Shown here: positions 56,436-64,000 of the stretch, in pieces
Layout: every line of letters starts with the position of its first letter
How positions within the stretch are numbered: position 1 is the stretch's first letter
From: a virus
DNA length: 64,000 bases
Reading direction: 5' to 3' (one strand)
Virus record (IMG/VR): IMGVR_UViG_3300020020_000029
Span: 2,527 to 66,526 of that record
Program-made: the position numbers and the translations under genes
The notes under the pieces: generated by a model
Database searches by the model: none
The model's input: only the letters and a program-made list of their open reading frames with translations
Told to the model about the DNA's origin: nothing

Positions 56436-56867
56436 CTAATCTGCACCAGTATAAGGCACAGGCGCCTCTGTGCGCCCCGGATGCCGCATTAGCATTAGCT
56501 GTTCTAATAATTTAGGGTCTATACCCCCTCCCATAGGTGACTGCGCCATTGGCATTTGAGGCATAGAATTAGGCGGCTGTTGCTGCTGTGGCGACATAGG
56601 TAAAGAACTCAAACTATCCCCCGGCCTACCCGCTAGGCTCTCTATTATGGCTCTGTTCTGTTGGCCCATTTTCATTCTTAGGCCCTGTGATTTTAATAAC
56701 TCGTCTTCTTGCTGTTGTATCTCTGGAAACCAAGAATGAGTATCCGATCTTGGCTGCTCCTTGTACATTTTCATTTTAGGTAAAGTAGTCTCTATCTTAC
56801 GAGGGGTAAAAGGGATATTTCTTTTCTTAGAAATATCTCTCTTATTGCCGTCTACAGGCCCGGACAT
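56436..56867 (-). CDS. P/Q/M-rich hypothetical protein
   Basis: Abutting operon ORF. Confidence 0.6.
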   Translation of the reverse strand: MSGPVDGNKRDISKKRNIPFTPRKIETTLPKMKMYKEQPRSDTHSWFPEIQQQEDELLKSQGLRMKMGQQNRAIIESLAGRPGDSLSSLPMSPQQQQPPNSMPQMPMAQSPMGGGIDPKLLEQLMLMRHPGRTEAPVPYTGAD

Positions 56868-58487
56868 TTAGAATATCCTCTTACTTCTAGTAGACTCTTT
56901 ACCCTTACTCAAGGGTTTAACTAAATCATCTAATACATCGTGAAGAGCGATTACATTATCTCTCTTTTTAAGAGTTCTTCTAAGTATATCTATTTGAGCA
57001 GGCGCAGAATAGGGCCTACTCATACAAGCGTATCTGGTTTCATCTGGAGCGTGGTCTTCGCTGTCTGTATCTACGTCTTCCATGTTTAATTCATGGTGCT
57101 GTAAAACAGGTAGAGTTCTTATTATCTCTGTGCAGCAATCCATAAAGAACATCATAGGTACTATGCCGTCGCCTTTTAGCCTAGCCCTTACAGCGTCCCA
57201 TCCCCCCATTGCACCGGACTTAGCTGTACGCTTGTTATCTGCTCTTTGGAATCCAATGTAATAAGGAGCCGCAGACATCCTCTCTGCAATAGATGGCCCA
57301 CTGTCCCACGCAAAGATTCGAGGGTCTGCCACACGATAGGAGATCCTTGGTCTGCCAAACTCGTTCTTAGGCTCTGTAGCTTCACGTAACATAACCCCTT
57401 GTGCGACTTCTTCGGCTGTAAGCTTTAAACCTACATTCATATTTTCCGTGGTAGATATTGATTTATTAGCGGCGCCTCTTGATCCATACCATTCTTTATA
57501 ACGTATGATGGCGCCTTTTGGAAGCGATGTAATGCCCGTAGCTTCAGACTGCCCGGCAAAATATTGCCATTGATCGGGATATATCTCCAATCCTGCATCA
57601 AATTCATCAGGGACAATAGCCCACCAGCCAATTGAAAATGGGGTTGCCGTACCCCAATCCATTGACATGAATCTAGTCCAATGCTTCGGTATTTTAAAGG
57701 TTTTAATGACATGCTTTCTCGTATCAAACTCCGGAAAGTATGCTCCAAGCATAACATTCCAGTCGCCTTTAAGCCAAGCTTTAACGAGCTCAGCATTCCC
57801 AGAAAGATAAAGATTTCCTATATATTGAGGCGTATTAGTATAAGGATTATCTGTTATCTTAGAGGGGATAAATATACGCTCTTTTATGACCACATTGCCA
57901 GTGAGGTCATCTTCAAATCTAGTAGGTAGCACCTTCATTCCGAGAGGTGCAGGATCAATATAGCGTGACTTAATCCAAGAATGCCCAGGACCACCAGGAT
58001 TTGCAGTAGCGATAAACCGACAAGGTACACCAGCGCCACTACGCAGGGTAGCCATAAGCTTAAATATAGGCTCTGGATTAGGAAATGTTCCCATCTCTTC
58101 AATATAAACTCTCGTATAGCTATGGCCTTGGTATGCTTGTGCGTCATTGTCGCTTTCTAGATATGCAAATCGTAATCTGGCGCCGTTTGGAAAACGCCAT
58201 AATTTGTCCTGCTCATTAAATTTTGCTCCCAAGGGAAGATAAAGAATTTTTGATCGTTCAACAAGCTCGAGGAGCTGAGTTCTTTCGCGACGAACGCAGA
58301 GACCAATAGCATTCTGACCATGTTCATTAGCATGCATCACCCATTCGCCGAGCACTCCATCGGATTTGCCCCCTCCACGGGCTCCCCCAAATAACGTCTC
58401 GAATACAGGACAAGAAATTAACCAAGATTGAGGCCCTGGATTTGGTTCCCATACTGTAGTATATTTAGTTTTTACCCTGTTTGACAT
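56868..58487 (-). CDS. terL: Terminase large subunit
   Basis: P.PGPQ, GGARGGGKS, YQG..Y, IEE, ATANPGG.GH.W, L.GDW, MDWG, EDHAPDETRY. Confidence 0.93.
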   Translation of the reverse strand: MSNRVKTKYTTVWEPNPGPQSWLISCPVFETLFGGARGGGKSDGVLGEWVMHANEHGQNAIGLCVRRERTQLLELVERSKILYLPLGAKFNEQDKLWRFPNGARLRFAYLESDNDAQAYQGHSYTRVYIEEMGTFPNPEPIFKLMATLRSGAGVPCRFIATANPGGPGHSWIKSRYIDPAPLGMKVLPTRFEDDLTGNVVIKERIFIPSKITDNPYTNTPQYIGNLYLSGNAELVKAWLKGDWNVMLGAYFPEFDTRKHVIKTFKIPKHWTRFMSMDWGTATPFSIGWWAIVPDEFDAGLEIYPDQWQYFAGQSEATGITSLPKGAIIRYKEWYGSRGAANKSISTTENMNVGLKLTAEEVAQGVMLREATEPKNEFGRPRISYRVADPRIFAWDSGPSIAERMSAAPYYIGFQRADNKRTAKSGAMGGWDAVRARLKGDGIVPMMFFMDCCTEIIRTLPVLQHHELNMEDVDTDSEDHAPDETRYACMSRPYSAPAQIDILRRTLKKRDNVIALHDVLDDLVKPLSKGKESTRSKRIF

Positions 58488-58686
58488 TTTTCTTTATATT
58501 CATAAGTATAGCTTTGTTGTCTCTATGGAGGAGATTGTAAGTACAGTCTACATTTTCAAAATGAACAAACACTTTTGGGTGACTCTTTATCCAGTTTCTA
58601 TGCTCTTCTGACATAGCTAATAATTCTAGATCAGTTATTCTCTCTCGGATCATTAATTCGTCTTTCCAACGATCATCAATAATCAT
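58465..58686 (-). CDS. Hypothetical protein
   Basis: Operon-coupled ORF. Confidence 0.5.
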   Translation of the reverse strand: MIIDDRWKDELMIRERITDLELLAMSEEHRNWIKSHPKVFVHFENVDCTYNLLHRDNKAILMNIKKNVKQGKN

Positions 58687-58687
58687 T

Positions 58688-58894
58688 TTATTTCTTCTTG
58701 AAGAGAGTGCACCACATATTAGCTAGTACTTTACCTTTTACCTTATCGCAAGTTTCGTTCTTGTTAAAATAAATGCAGAGGCCGCACTTAGAATTTTTGT
58801 GGCCTCCGCTGTATTTTACAGTTTCTTTAGAGACTTTCTCGCTCTCGGAAGGTCCAAAAGCTTGCTTAATGGTCTCTCTAAGCTTTGTTATCAT
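58688..58894 (-). CDS. HiPIP-like small Cys4 protein
   Basis: V.Y...C..C.YF.....C..V.G.V....WC..F. Confidence 0.6.
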   Translation of the reverse strand: MITKLRETIKQAFGPSESEKVSKETVKYSGGHKNSKCGLCIYFNKNETCDKVKGKVLANMWCTLFKKK

Positions 58895-59183
58895 CCTCGG
58901 GAAGCTTTATTCTTTCGGGGTTAAAAATAGCTCTGTTGAGGTCCATAAAGCCTTCTTGGAAGTGAGTTTTGGCTATGCTGACAAACCTACCGTCTACTTC
59001 CATACTAAATTTGTGGCATTTCTCTAGTTGACGTAAAACTCGCTCTTCGAGAATTTTATTCTCGTTTACTAGATTTTTCTTAGACTCAGAAACGTCTGTA
59101 TAACCATGCACAGGAATAGGCTTGTGCATTTGCTCCTTTGGGGGGATGAGTTCACCCATCTGCGGATCGTTTAAGTCAGTCAT
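58878..59183 (-). CDS. acb2: Acb2-like cyclic-oligonucleotide sponge (anti-CBASS)
   Basis: GY...S.....LVN..K..EE...R.L, D.R..SIAKTHFQEGFM.LNRAIF.P matches the Acb2/Vs.4 pattern. Confidence 0.7.
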   Translation of the reverse strand: MTDLNDPQMGELIPPKEQMHKPIPVHGYTDVSESKKNLVNENKILEERVLRQLEKCHKFSMEVDGRFVSIAKTHFQEGFMDLNRAIFNPERIKLPEDDNKA

Positions 59184-59185
59184 TT

Positions 59186-59443
59186 TTACCTCTTGCCAAT
59201 TCTATGCGCTTTACCGCTGCCAGATGTACGTAACTTGCCTGCTTTTTTACTGCCCCCAAATCCATGGGGCGTTTTCTCCCTAGTCGGTCTAAAAGGCCAT
59301 GTATCTACCTTACCTACGGGCGGATACATTTCTTTAGAATAGCCTTCTCCGTCCCCTTTATTAGCGTAGCACATCTCAACAAAATTCCTGTTGGGCTGCG
59401 CTGGATCGATCCCTTTCGGAACGCTTCTCTTTGGGTATTTCAT
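59186..59443 (-). CDS. Small basic hypothetical protein
   Basis: K/G-rich; GKLR.SG...AHRIGKR. Confidence 0.6.
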   Translation of the reverse strand: MKYPKRSVPKGIDPAQPNRNFVEMCYANKGDGEGYSKEMYPPVGKVDTWPFRPTREKTPHGFGGSKKAGKLRTSGSGKAHRIGKR

Positions 59444-59625
59444 TTTAATACTACCTTTATTCGCTCTAAAAGTTTGTCAATCTCTGTTAATACTTCTACG
59501 CCGTCACATTTATACTGCCAAGGCGAAGATGAAATTTTAGATAAGTCTCTTTTACTATCATCGCGCCACTCCAATACAAATCCATTATCTGTTTTGTAAA
59601 CAGTAAGTTGTACTGGAGTGCGCAT
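59440..59625 (-). CDS. Small hypothetical protein
   Basis: K.DNGFVL motif; coupled. Confidence 0.55.
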   Translation of the reverse strand: MRTPVQLTVYKTDNGFVLEWRDDSKRDLSKISSSPWQYKCDGVEVLTEIDKLLERIKVVLK

Positions 59626-59627
59626 GC

Positions 59628-59855
59628 CTAGCCCAACTTAGAGTAAGATTTCTTAAAGGTGCGCGTACCCTTACCCACCATAACGCCACCAGTGGTTCGG
59701 TTCATGTTATTATCAGAGGTATTCTTACCGCAACCGTGGGAAGATTTCATCTTTCCCGTGCCTGACATACCAGTACGCTTGCCAGACATAGATTTACCGG
59801 CTCCATAAGAGAAAGCACCCTTACCAGAACCGGGTTTACTACCGTTTACGCCCAT
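59628..59855 (-). CDS. Small basic G/K/S-rich protein
   Basis: SD AGGA; low-complexity basic sequence. Confidence 0.6.
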   Translation of the reverse strand: MGVNGSKPGSGKGAFSYGAGKSMSGKRTGMSGTGKMKSSHGCGKNTSDNNMNRTTGGVMVGKGTRTFKKSYSKLG

Positions 59856-59856
59856 T

Positions 59857-59991
59857 TTAATTATTCCTATTACTTTTAGAAGGGTCTCCCCCTTCTGGCC
59901 AAAACAAATACGCAGCTAAAAATACCATAAATATTATGGGGAAAATAAAGAAACTAAATAAATCAAAGTCAAAGCTGAAGATTTGGTCCAT
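59857..59991 (-). CDS. Small membrane protein (44 aa)
   Basis: SD GAGG; MDQIFSFDFDLFSFFIFPIIFMVFLAAYLFWP. Confidence 0.45.
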   Translation of the reverse strand: MDQIFSFDFDLFSFFIFPIIFMVFLAAYLFWPEGGDPSKSNRNN

Positions 59992-60131
59992 TGTTCCTCG
60001 AAGTTTTAGAAATAGACGCTCTCATTGCTCTTTAAAGAGAAGGTTGCGTCCTCTAATAGTTGGTTCGTCATTGCAGCATTGCCAAGGAGACTTGCACGGG
60101 GAATCTACCAACTACCAGGGATTTCTAACTT

Positions 60132-60311
60132 TCACCTGTGTGCGTTTAGGGGGTTGATAAGCTCCCATAATTGGAGGAACCAGCCTTTAACAGATGAAAA
60201 ATACCCTGATGCGTCCCACTGATCCCTCTTTACTAGATGATAGAGCGACTTCATGGTCCACCAAATTGGTTGCCAAAAGATAAGAAGGAGCAAGAGCCAC
60301 GGAGTAATCAC
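60132..60311 (-). CDS. Small membrane protein (59 aa)
   Basis: GTGA-coupled start; WLLLLLIFWQPIWW. Confidence 0.4.
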   Translation of the reverse strand: MITPWLLLLLIFWQPIWWTMKSLYHLVKRDQWDASGYFSSVKGWFLQLWELINPLNAHR

Positions 60312-60553
60312 TTTTTATCTCCCTTATTTTTCTGATGTATCCCTTGATGCTTCCAAGCTTTGGCCCAATTATTAAGCTCCTGATCTACTATTATATTTAT
60401 ATCCCCTATGCGGCCCTGTCGTACCCATTTATGAAGAGCTTTTTTGAAGACAAATTCGGAAAAACCTTTTACGTTAGGGTGCCCATTGCACCCATCATGT
60501 TTCTTCGCCTTTTGATGGCAATTATCTTTTATCTTTTCTAAGTCGGCGTCCAT
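60308..60553 (-). CDS. Hypothetical protein
   Basis: ORF overlapping the fibre gene end; start uncertain. Confidence 0.5.
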   Translation of the reverse strand: MDADLEKIKDNCHQKAKKHDGCNGHPNVKGFSEFVFKKALHKWVRQGRIGDINIIVDQELNNWAKAWKHQGIHQKNKGDKK

Positions 60554-61806
60554 GTGCCTATGGTAGTCATAGCTACCCATTCAGTTCCATTGATACATTT
60601 AATCTCAATGGTATCTCCTATAACGTTAGCGTCTATTCGTCCGCCTGCAGCAGACGCTACGCCGCCAACTTCTATAGTATCTCCTCCTGCAGCTATAACT
60701 CTAATCCCATCTGTGTCGCGAACCATAAATTTAAACACAAGATCAGCTTGCCCAGAAGGTAAATTAAAATCTACTCTTGCAGTTGCTCCAGTATTAGTAT
60801 AGGTTCTTCCAGAATTTAAATTAGTTAAATTAGTAGTCGCAGCAGTAATATTAGTTATATAATCATCTCGCTTAACAGTTCCGCCAAATACGCTATCAGA
60901 GCCTGTATAGAGCGCAAACCCTGTGCTGTCTACTGTGCCATCTAAACTGCCTGGAATGCCACTAAGGTCTGGAGAAAATAATTCACCCCCTTCTTGGACT
61001 TGAAATTTCTTACCTGTAGTAGAAGTACCCGCAAAAGTAGCGAAATTAGAAAGCGCAGAGCGTTCATTTACAACAAAAAACGAAGTAATCGCTGGAGTAT
61101 CTTGAATAGTTATAGTAGACCCTAAGAAAGGCGCAGAGTTAGTGAGAGTATTTAAAAATGCTCCGCAGTTTGTTAACTCAGAGCCATCTATTATCATAGT
61201 ATTCCCGCCATCAAAGAAATTACCAGCGATTATGGAGCCAAAGTTTCCATTACCGGCAAATTCTATATTAGCGGTTGTAAAATTTTCTAAATCTCCAAAT
61301 ATAACTTGTTGATCCCCACAAGAAGATGGGTCCGGGTCTATACAAGGCCCTGCTGTAGGCGCAAATCTAAACCCATTTACCCAAATTTCTGTGTCTGTAC
61401 GTTGTAATACATTAAAAGAACCTTGATTAAACCCAAAAAATGGGTTTACAGCATTCAGTAGAATCGTATTAGAAGGAGTATTAATGTCTCCTTTCCAATA
61501 AAGTTGCCCCCCGCCTACATAATTTCTATTAAATACTCCAGGAAATGATTTAGATCCGCTAGAGGGGACAATATTTACTATAATTCTAAATCCAGCAAAA
61601 TCTAAATTAGAGGCTATAAAATTAGCAGCAAACTGTGGAGTTAACCACGCACCTGCTGCGCTATTGGTGCGACCGTTATTAGAGTTACTGCCATCGTCTC
61701 TGACGTAATATTCTCTATTAGCAGTTAATTTATCTCTAGACACGCCTGGGGACGCTCCTACGCCTCTGACAGCAGTCCATATATTTACACCTAAATTTAA
61801 GGATAT
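60538..61806 (-). CDS. Head spike fibre-like protein (beta-helix); start probably ATA 61806, alternatively GTG 61743
   Basis: YYVR.DGSNSN.G....A..T.Q.A; in-frame extension ISLNLGVNIW resembles the RcGTA spike-fibre N-terminus. Confidence 0.7.
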   Translation of the reverse strand: MSLNLGVNIWTAVRGVGASPGVSRDKLTANREYYVRDDGSNSNNGRTNSAAGAWLTPQFAANFIASNLDFAGFRIIVNIVPSSGSKSFPGVFNRNYVGGGQLYWKGDINTPSNTILLNAVNPFFGFNQGSFNVLQRTDTEIWVNGFRFAPTAGPCIDPDPSSCGDQQVIFGDLENFTTANIEFAGNGNFGSIIAGNFFDGGNTMIIDGSELTNCGAFLNTLTNSAPFLGSTITIQDTPAITSFFVVNERSALSNFATFAGTSTTGKKFQVQEGGELFSPDLSGIPGSLDGTVDSTGFALYTGSDSVFGGTVKRDDYITNITAATTNLTNLNSGRTYTNTGATARVDFNLPSGQADLVFKFMVRDTDGIRVIAAGGDTIEVGGVASAAGGRIDANVIGDTIEIKCINGTEWVAMTTIGTWTPT

Positions 61807-62073
61807 TTATTTTAGCGCGACTATGCCTGTGGCTGTCGTCCCTGTAGCGCGAACTCTTTTCACCATTACAGGTAAAATAGAGCCAGCTTGCACGTTGGAG
61901 AATAAAATAGATGTTGACTCTGGGGTGTCTAAAGTAATATCACCCGTATTTCCTACATATAATGCTCTTGCGACTGTAGCTAGATCGTTACTATTAGAAG
62001 GCGCGACTGCAAATGCATCAAATGCAGTCATTATTCCGGTAGGAGGAGAAAATGGTACAGCAGGCGTACTCAT
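61807..62073 (-). CDS. Head spike base protein (RcGTA Rcc01079-like)
   Basis: AFAV.PS...DL...ARALYVG..GD......F..V.AG.ILPV.V.RVRATGTTATGIVAL. Confidence 0.85.
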   Translation of the reverse strand: MSTPAVPFSPPTGIMTAFDAFAVAPSNSNDLATVARALYVGNTGDITLDTPESTSILFSNVQAGSILPVMVKRVRATGTTATGIVALK

Positions 62074-62076
62074 TAT

Positions 62077-62382
62077 TTAAGAACGCCCCGTTATCTTGAG
62101 ATAATCTAGGTTTAATTTACTCATAGCTTCGCGCTGCTCGGCTTCTAAAACTTGAGCTAATAGATTTCTCATGAAATTATTAGCTATAACATCTACTATT
62201 TCTTTGTAAGAGAGCGGACTTGGCCTGTCCATATTAGGATCGTCTTGTTTGTACCCTACTTTATCTAAATTTAGATATTGATATGCGTTATATATTCTAG
62301 ATATAGAGGCCTCATCAAACTGGAACGATGTAGTCACCATTCCACTCATATTGTCGGCAAACGTAATGCCTATAGAGGCCAA
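62077..62382 (-). CDS. Hypothetical protein
   Basis: TTG start after SD AGGAG. Confidence 0.6.
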   Translation of the reverse strand: MASIGITFADNMSGMVTTSFQFDEASISRIYNAYQYLNLDKVGYKQDDPNMDRPSPLSYKEIVDVIANNFMRNLLAQVLEAEQREAMSKLNLDYLKITGRS

Positions 62383-62396
62383 GATACACTCCTAAC

Positions 62397-62666
62397 TTAG
62401 ATGAGTCCGAAGACTGCTGTTGCAGTTGCGATTACGCTGATGTGATTACCTTGAATCCAAATAATGGCGTTCTTTTGCACTGCGTCTAAGACAATAGAGT
62501 TGCCATTGAACCCTACCATAGTTACAGAAGATGTAGTTTTAAAAAATAACCCTCTAAAAGGCCCTACGCCTGCTGCCATAGCAGACGTAGAAGTAGAAAC
62601 AGACACAGAAACAACAAAAAACCTAGATGCTGTTTCGCCCATTATCGCAGTTGCTAATTCAGGCAT
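62397..62666 (-). CDS. Divergent spike-base-like paralog
   Basis: Same length and pattern (RGLF, V.....G.SI....V....I..I, ATAT.VFGL). Confidence 0.5.
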   Translation of the reverse strand: MPELATAIMGETASRFFVVSVSVSTSTSAMAAGVGPFRGLFFKTTSSVTMVGFNGNSIVLDAVQKNAIIWIQGNHISVIATATAVFGLI

Positions 62667-62708
62667 TTAACTTTTCCTTCGGTTTAATTCCTAGCCGCTT
62701 TACGCTGC

Positions 62709-63191
62709 TTAATTTAAATCCTTCGGTGAGCCGGGCTCGTTATAATCTTCGTCTTCAGAAAAATCATGAATAGAGGGGGTTGGAGGCTCCAGCTCTTTCT
62801 CCCGTTTAGTCATTTCTTCTATCTTTAAGCGCTCAGCGCCAGTATGCTTCATCCATTGATCTACAGACTGCATTGGCTGCGGCGAGCGAATCACATACCT
62901 ATGATCTACCTTACCCTTGACCTCTATGGACTCCAATTTAGGAGTTTGATAGGGCGCTAATTTAGACGCACACTCTATAGAGCGATCGTCTGCTTTCTCC
63001 ATCAAAGAATAAAGAGATTTTAGCTGAGCTGAATTTGCCAAAGGCTGAGATTTAATAGTTGTGATTAGAAAATCTAATATCCGCTTCGCTTCTTTATCGT
63101 AGACGTGCATCTTTCTATAGAGCACATCTGTAGCGAGGAGCCCATATTGCATTAAATTTCTATGGATTTTCTTAGCGTATGGTAATTTCAT
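62709..63191 (-). CDS. Terminase small subunit-like protein
   Basis: A.KLAPY..PKL.SIEV.G.V.H motif; first gene of the late operon. Confidence 0.55.
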   Translation of the reverse strand: MKLPYAKKIHRNLMQYGLLATDVLYRKMHVYDKEAKRILDFLITTIKSQPLANSAQLKSLYSLMEKADDRSIECASKLAPYQTPKLESIEVKGKVDHRYVIRSPQPMQSVDQWMKHTGAERLKIEEMTKREKELEPPTPSIHDFSEDEDYNEPGSPKDLN

Positions 63192-63286
63192 AGTTGCCTA
63201 TACAAGGTGGAACGGGCGGCCCCCTCGGATGCTGCGAGTTCACCAGGAGGAAGCGGCTAACGCAGTGAGAACCTCCCGTTCCCCGC

Positions 63287-63318
63287 TTGACTTGTGGGCT
63301 AGAAAGTGCCATAGTCAA
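63287..63318. promoter_or_regulatory. Overlapping divergent promoters
   Basis: TTGACT-N17-CATAGT on +; TTGACT at 63318-63313 on - facing the late operon. Confidence 0.55.
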
Positions 63319-63341
63319 CAGGGAAAAGGAGTATCAGCGCC

Positions 63342-63533
63342 ATGCGATATCTTTCAGTAGGCGAAACCACGTTTGAGATAGAAGAAAAAACAGCTAAAGA
63401 ATTAATAGAGAAAGATATTTTATATTTATGTGGTGAAGATCATGATTTGCATTTAAATCCAGAGCATAAGTGGAATTTACTTTCAGTAGAAGCTGTTTTA
63501 TTAGCTGTCTCGGGTAACGAAGAAAGGAAATAG
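63342..63533 (+). CDS. Small hypothetical protein
   Basis: SD AAGGAG. Confidence 0.65.
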   Translation: MRYLSVGETTFEIEEKTAKELIEKDILYLCGEDHDLHLNPEHKWNLLSVEAVLLAVSGNEERK

Positions 63534-63537
63534 AAAA

Positions 63538-63849
63538 ATGCTCAAGGTAAAAGACAAATATGACTATCGTAGAGAGTTAATTGAAGCTCTCCGAAGCAGA
63601 AAGTATAAACAGTGTAAATCAGCATGGAAAAAAGGAGATTCTTATTGTTTCTTTGGGCTATTTTATCATATAAATGGTATTCCTGACGATTTTTTAGAAA
63701 ATCGCTATGGCAGAATTTACCTACAAAAGGAAGTAGAGGAAATTAAAAGATTAAGAGAATTAATTAATATTTCTTGTGAATACGCTTGCCTCAACGACGA
63801 TGGTTTTACGTTTAGAGAGTTAGCAGACCTTCTAGAGAAAGAGGTATAG
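63538..63849 (+). CDS. Hypothetical protein (paralog 1)
   Basis: ALRS.KY.Q, YCF.G, LNDDG.TF.E.AD.LE. Confidence 0.7.
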   Translation: MLKVKDKYDYRRELIEALRSRKYKQCKSAWKKGDSYCFFGLFYHINGIPDDFLENRYGRIYLQKEVEEIKRLRELINISCEYACLNDDGFTFRELADLLEKEV

Positions 63850-63852
63850 ACC

Positions 63853-64000
63853 ATGCTCAAGGTAAAAGACAAGTACGACTATCGTCGTGAACTAGTTGAG
63901 GCGCTTAGGAGTGGGAAGTATAAACAATGTAAGGGCAATTACACTAATAAAGAAGGTGCCCTCTGTTTTTATGGAGTTTTTTATCACATAAATGGTATGG
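63853..64000 (+). CDS. Hypothetical protein (paralog 2, runs off the window)
   Basis: MLKVKDKYDYRRELVEALRSGKYKQCK, nearly identical to the previous gene. Confidence 0.75.
   Translation, partial: MLKVKDKYDYRRELVEALRSGKYKQCKGNYTNKEGALCFYGVFYHINGM

Noticed and set aside
1-64000. Stop-codon reassignment, or introns/inteins in polA, nrdJ and terL
   Set aside because: Core genes are full-length and uninterrupted in the standard code; TAG, TAA and TGA all end genes at coupled junctions.

Overview
Nearly complete genome of an AT-rich, podovirus-like tailed phage. The host is probably an alphaproteobacterium, inferred from CtrA-type boxes, RcGTA-like head-spike genes and Rhizobiales-type lysis genes. 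Layout: a repeat-rich non-coding control/origin region (1-1.2 kb); early genes including an AAA+/VWA pair (1.3-8.7 kb); an almost complete pseudaminic-acid (nonulosonate) biosynthesis and decoration operon (9.0-17.1 kb); a displaced fibre/lysis cassette (17.0-20.8 kb); replication genes (SNF2 helicase, resolvase-like nuclease, PolA, SSB-like protein, class II RNR, primase, primase-helicase) with three tRNAs (21-34 kb); and a ~29 kb minus-strand morphogenesis operon (34.5-63.2 kb). Two candidate new systems stand out. (1) The CMP-pseudaminic-acid-type pathway plus two Maf/DUF115-like glycosyltransferases placed beside the major capsid gene suggests flagellin-style nonulosonate glycosylation of the virion. 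(2) A stand-alone unit at 28.2-29.1 kb in which a ~325-nt structured RNA, with a nested tRNA-Thr and ~10 heptameric ...AAG/UAG repeats, precedes a DIP1984-like coiled-coil protein and can occlude its RBS. All family assignments come from motif recognition by eye; no database searches were run.
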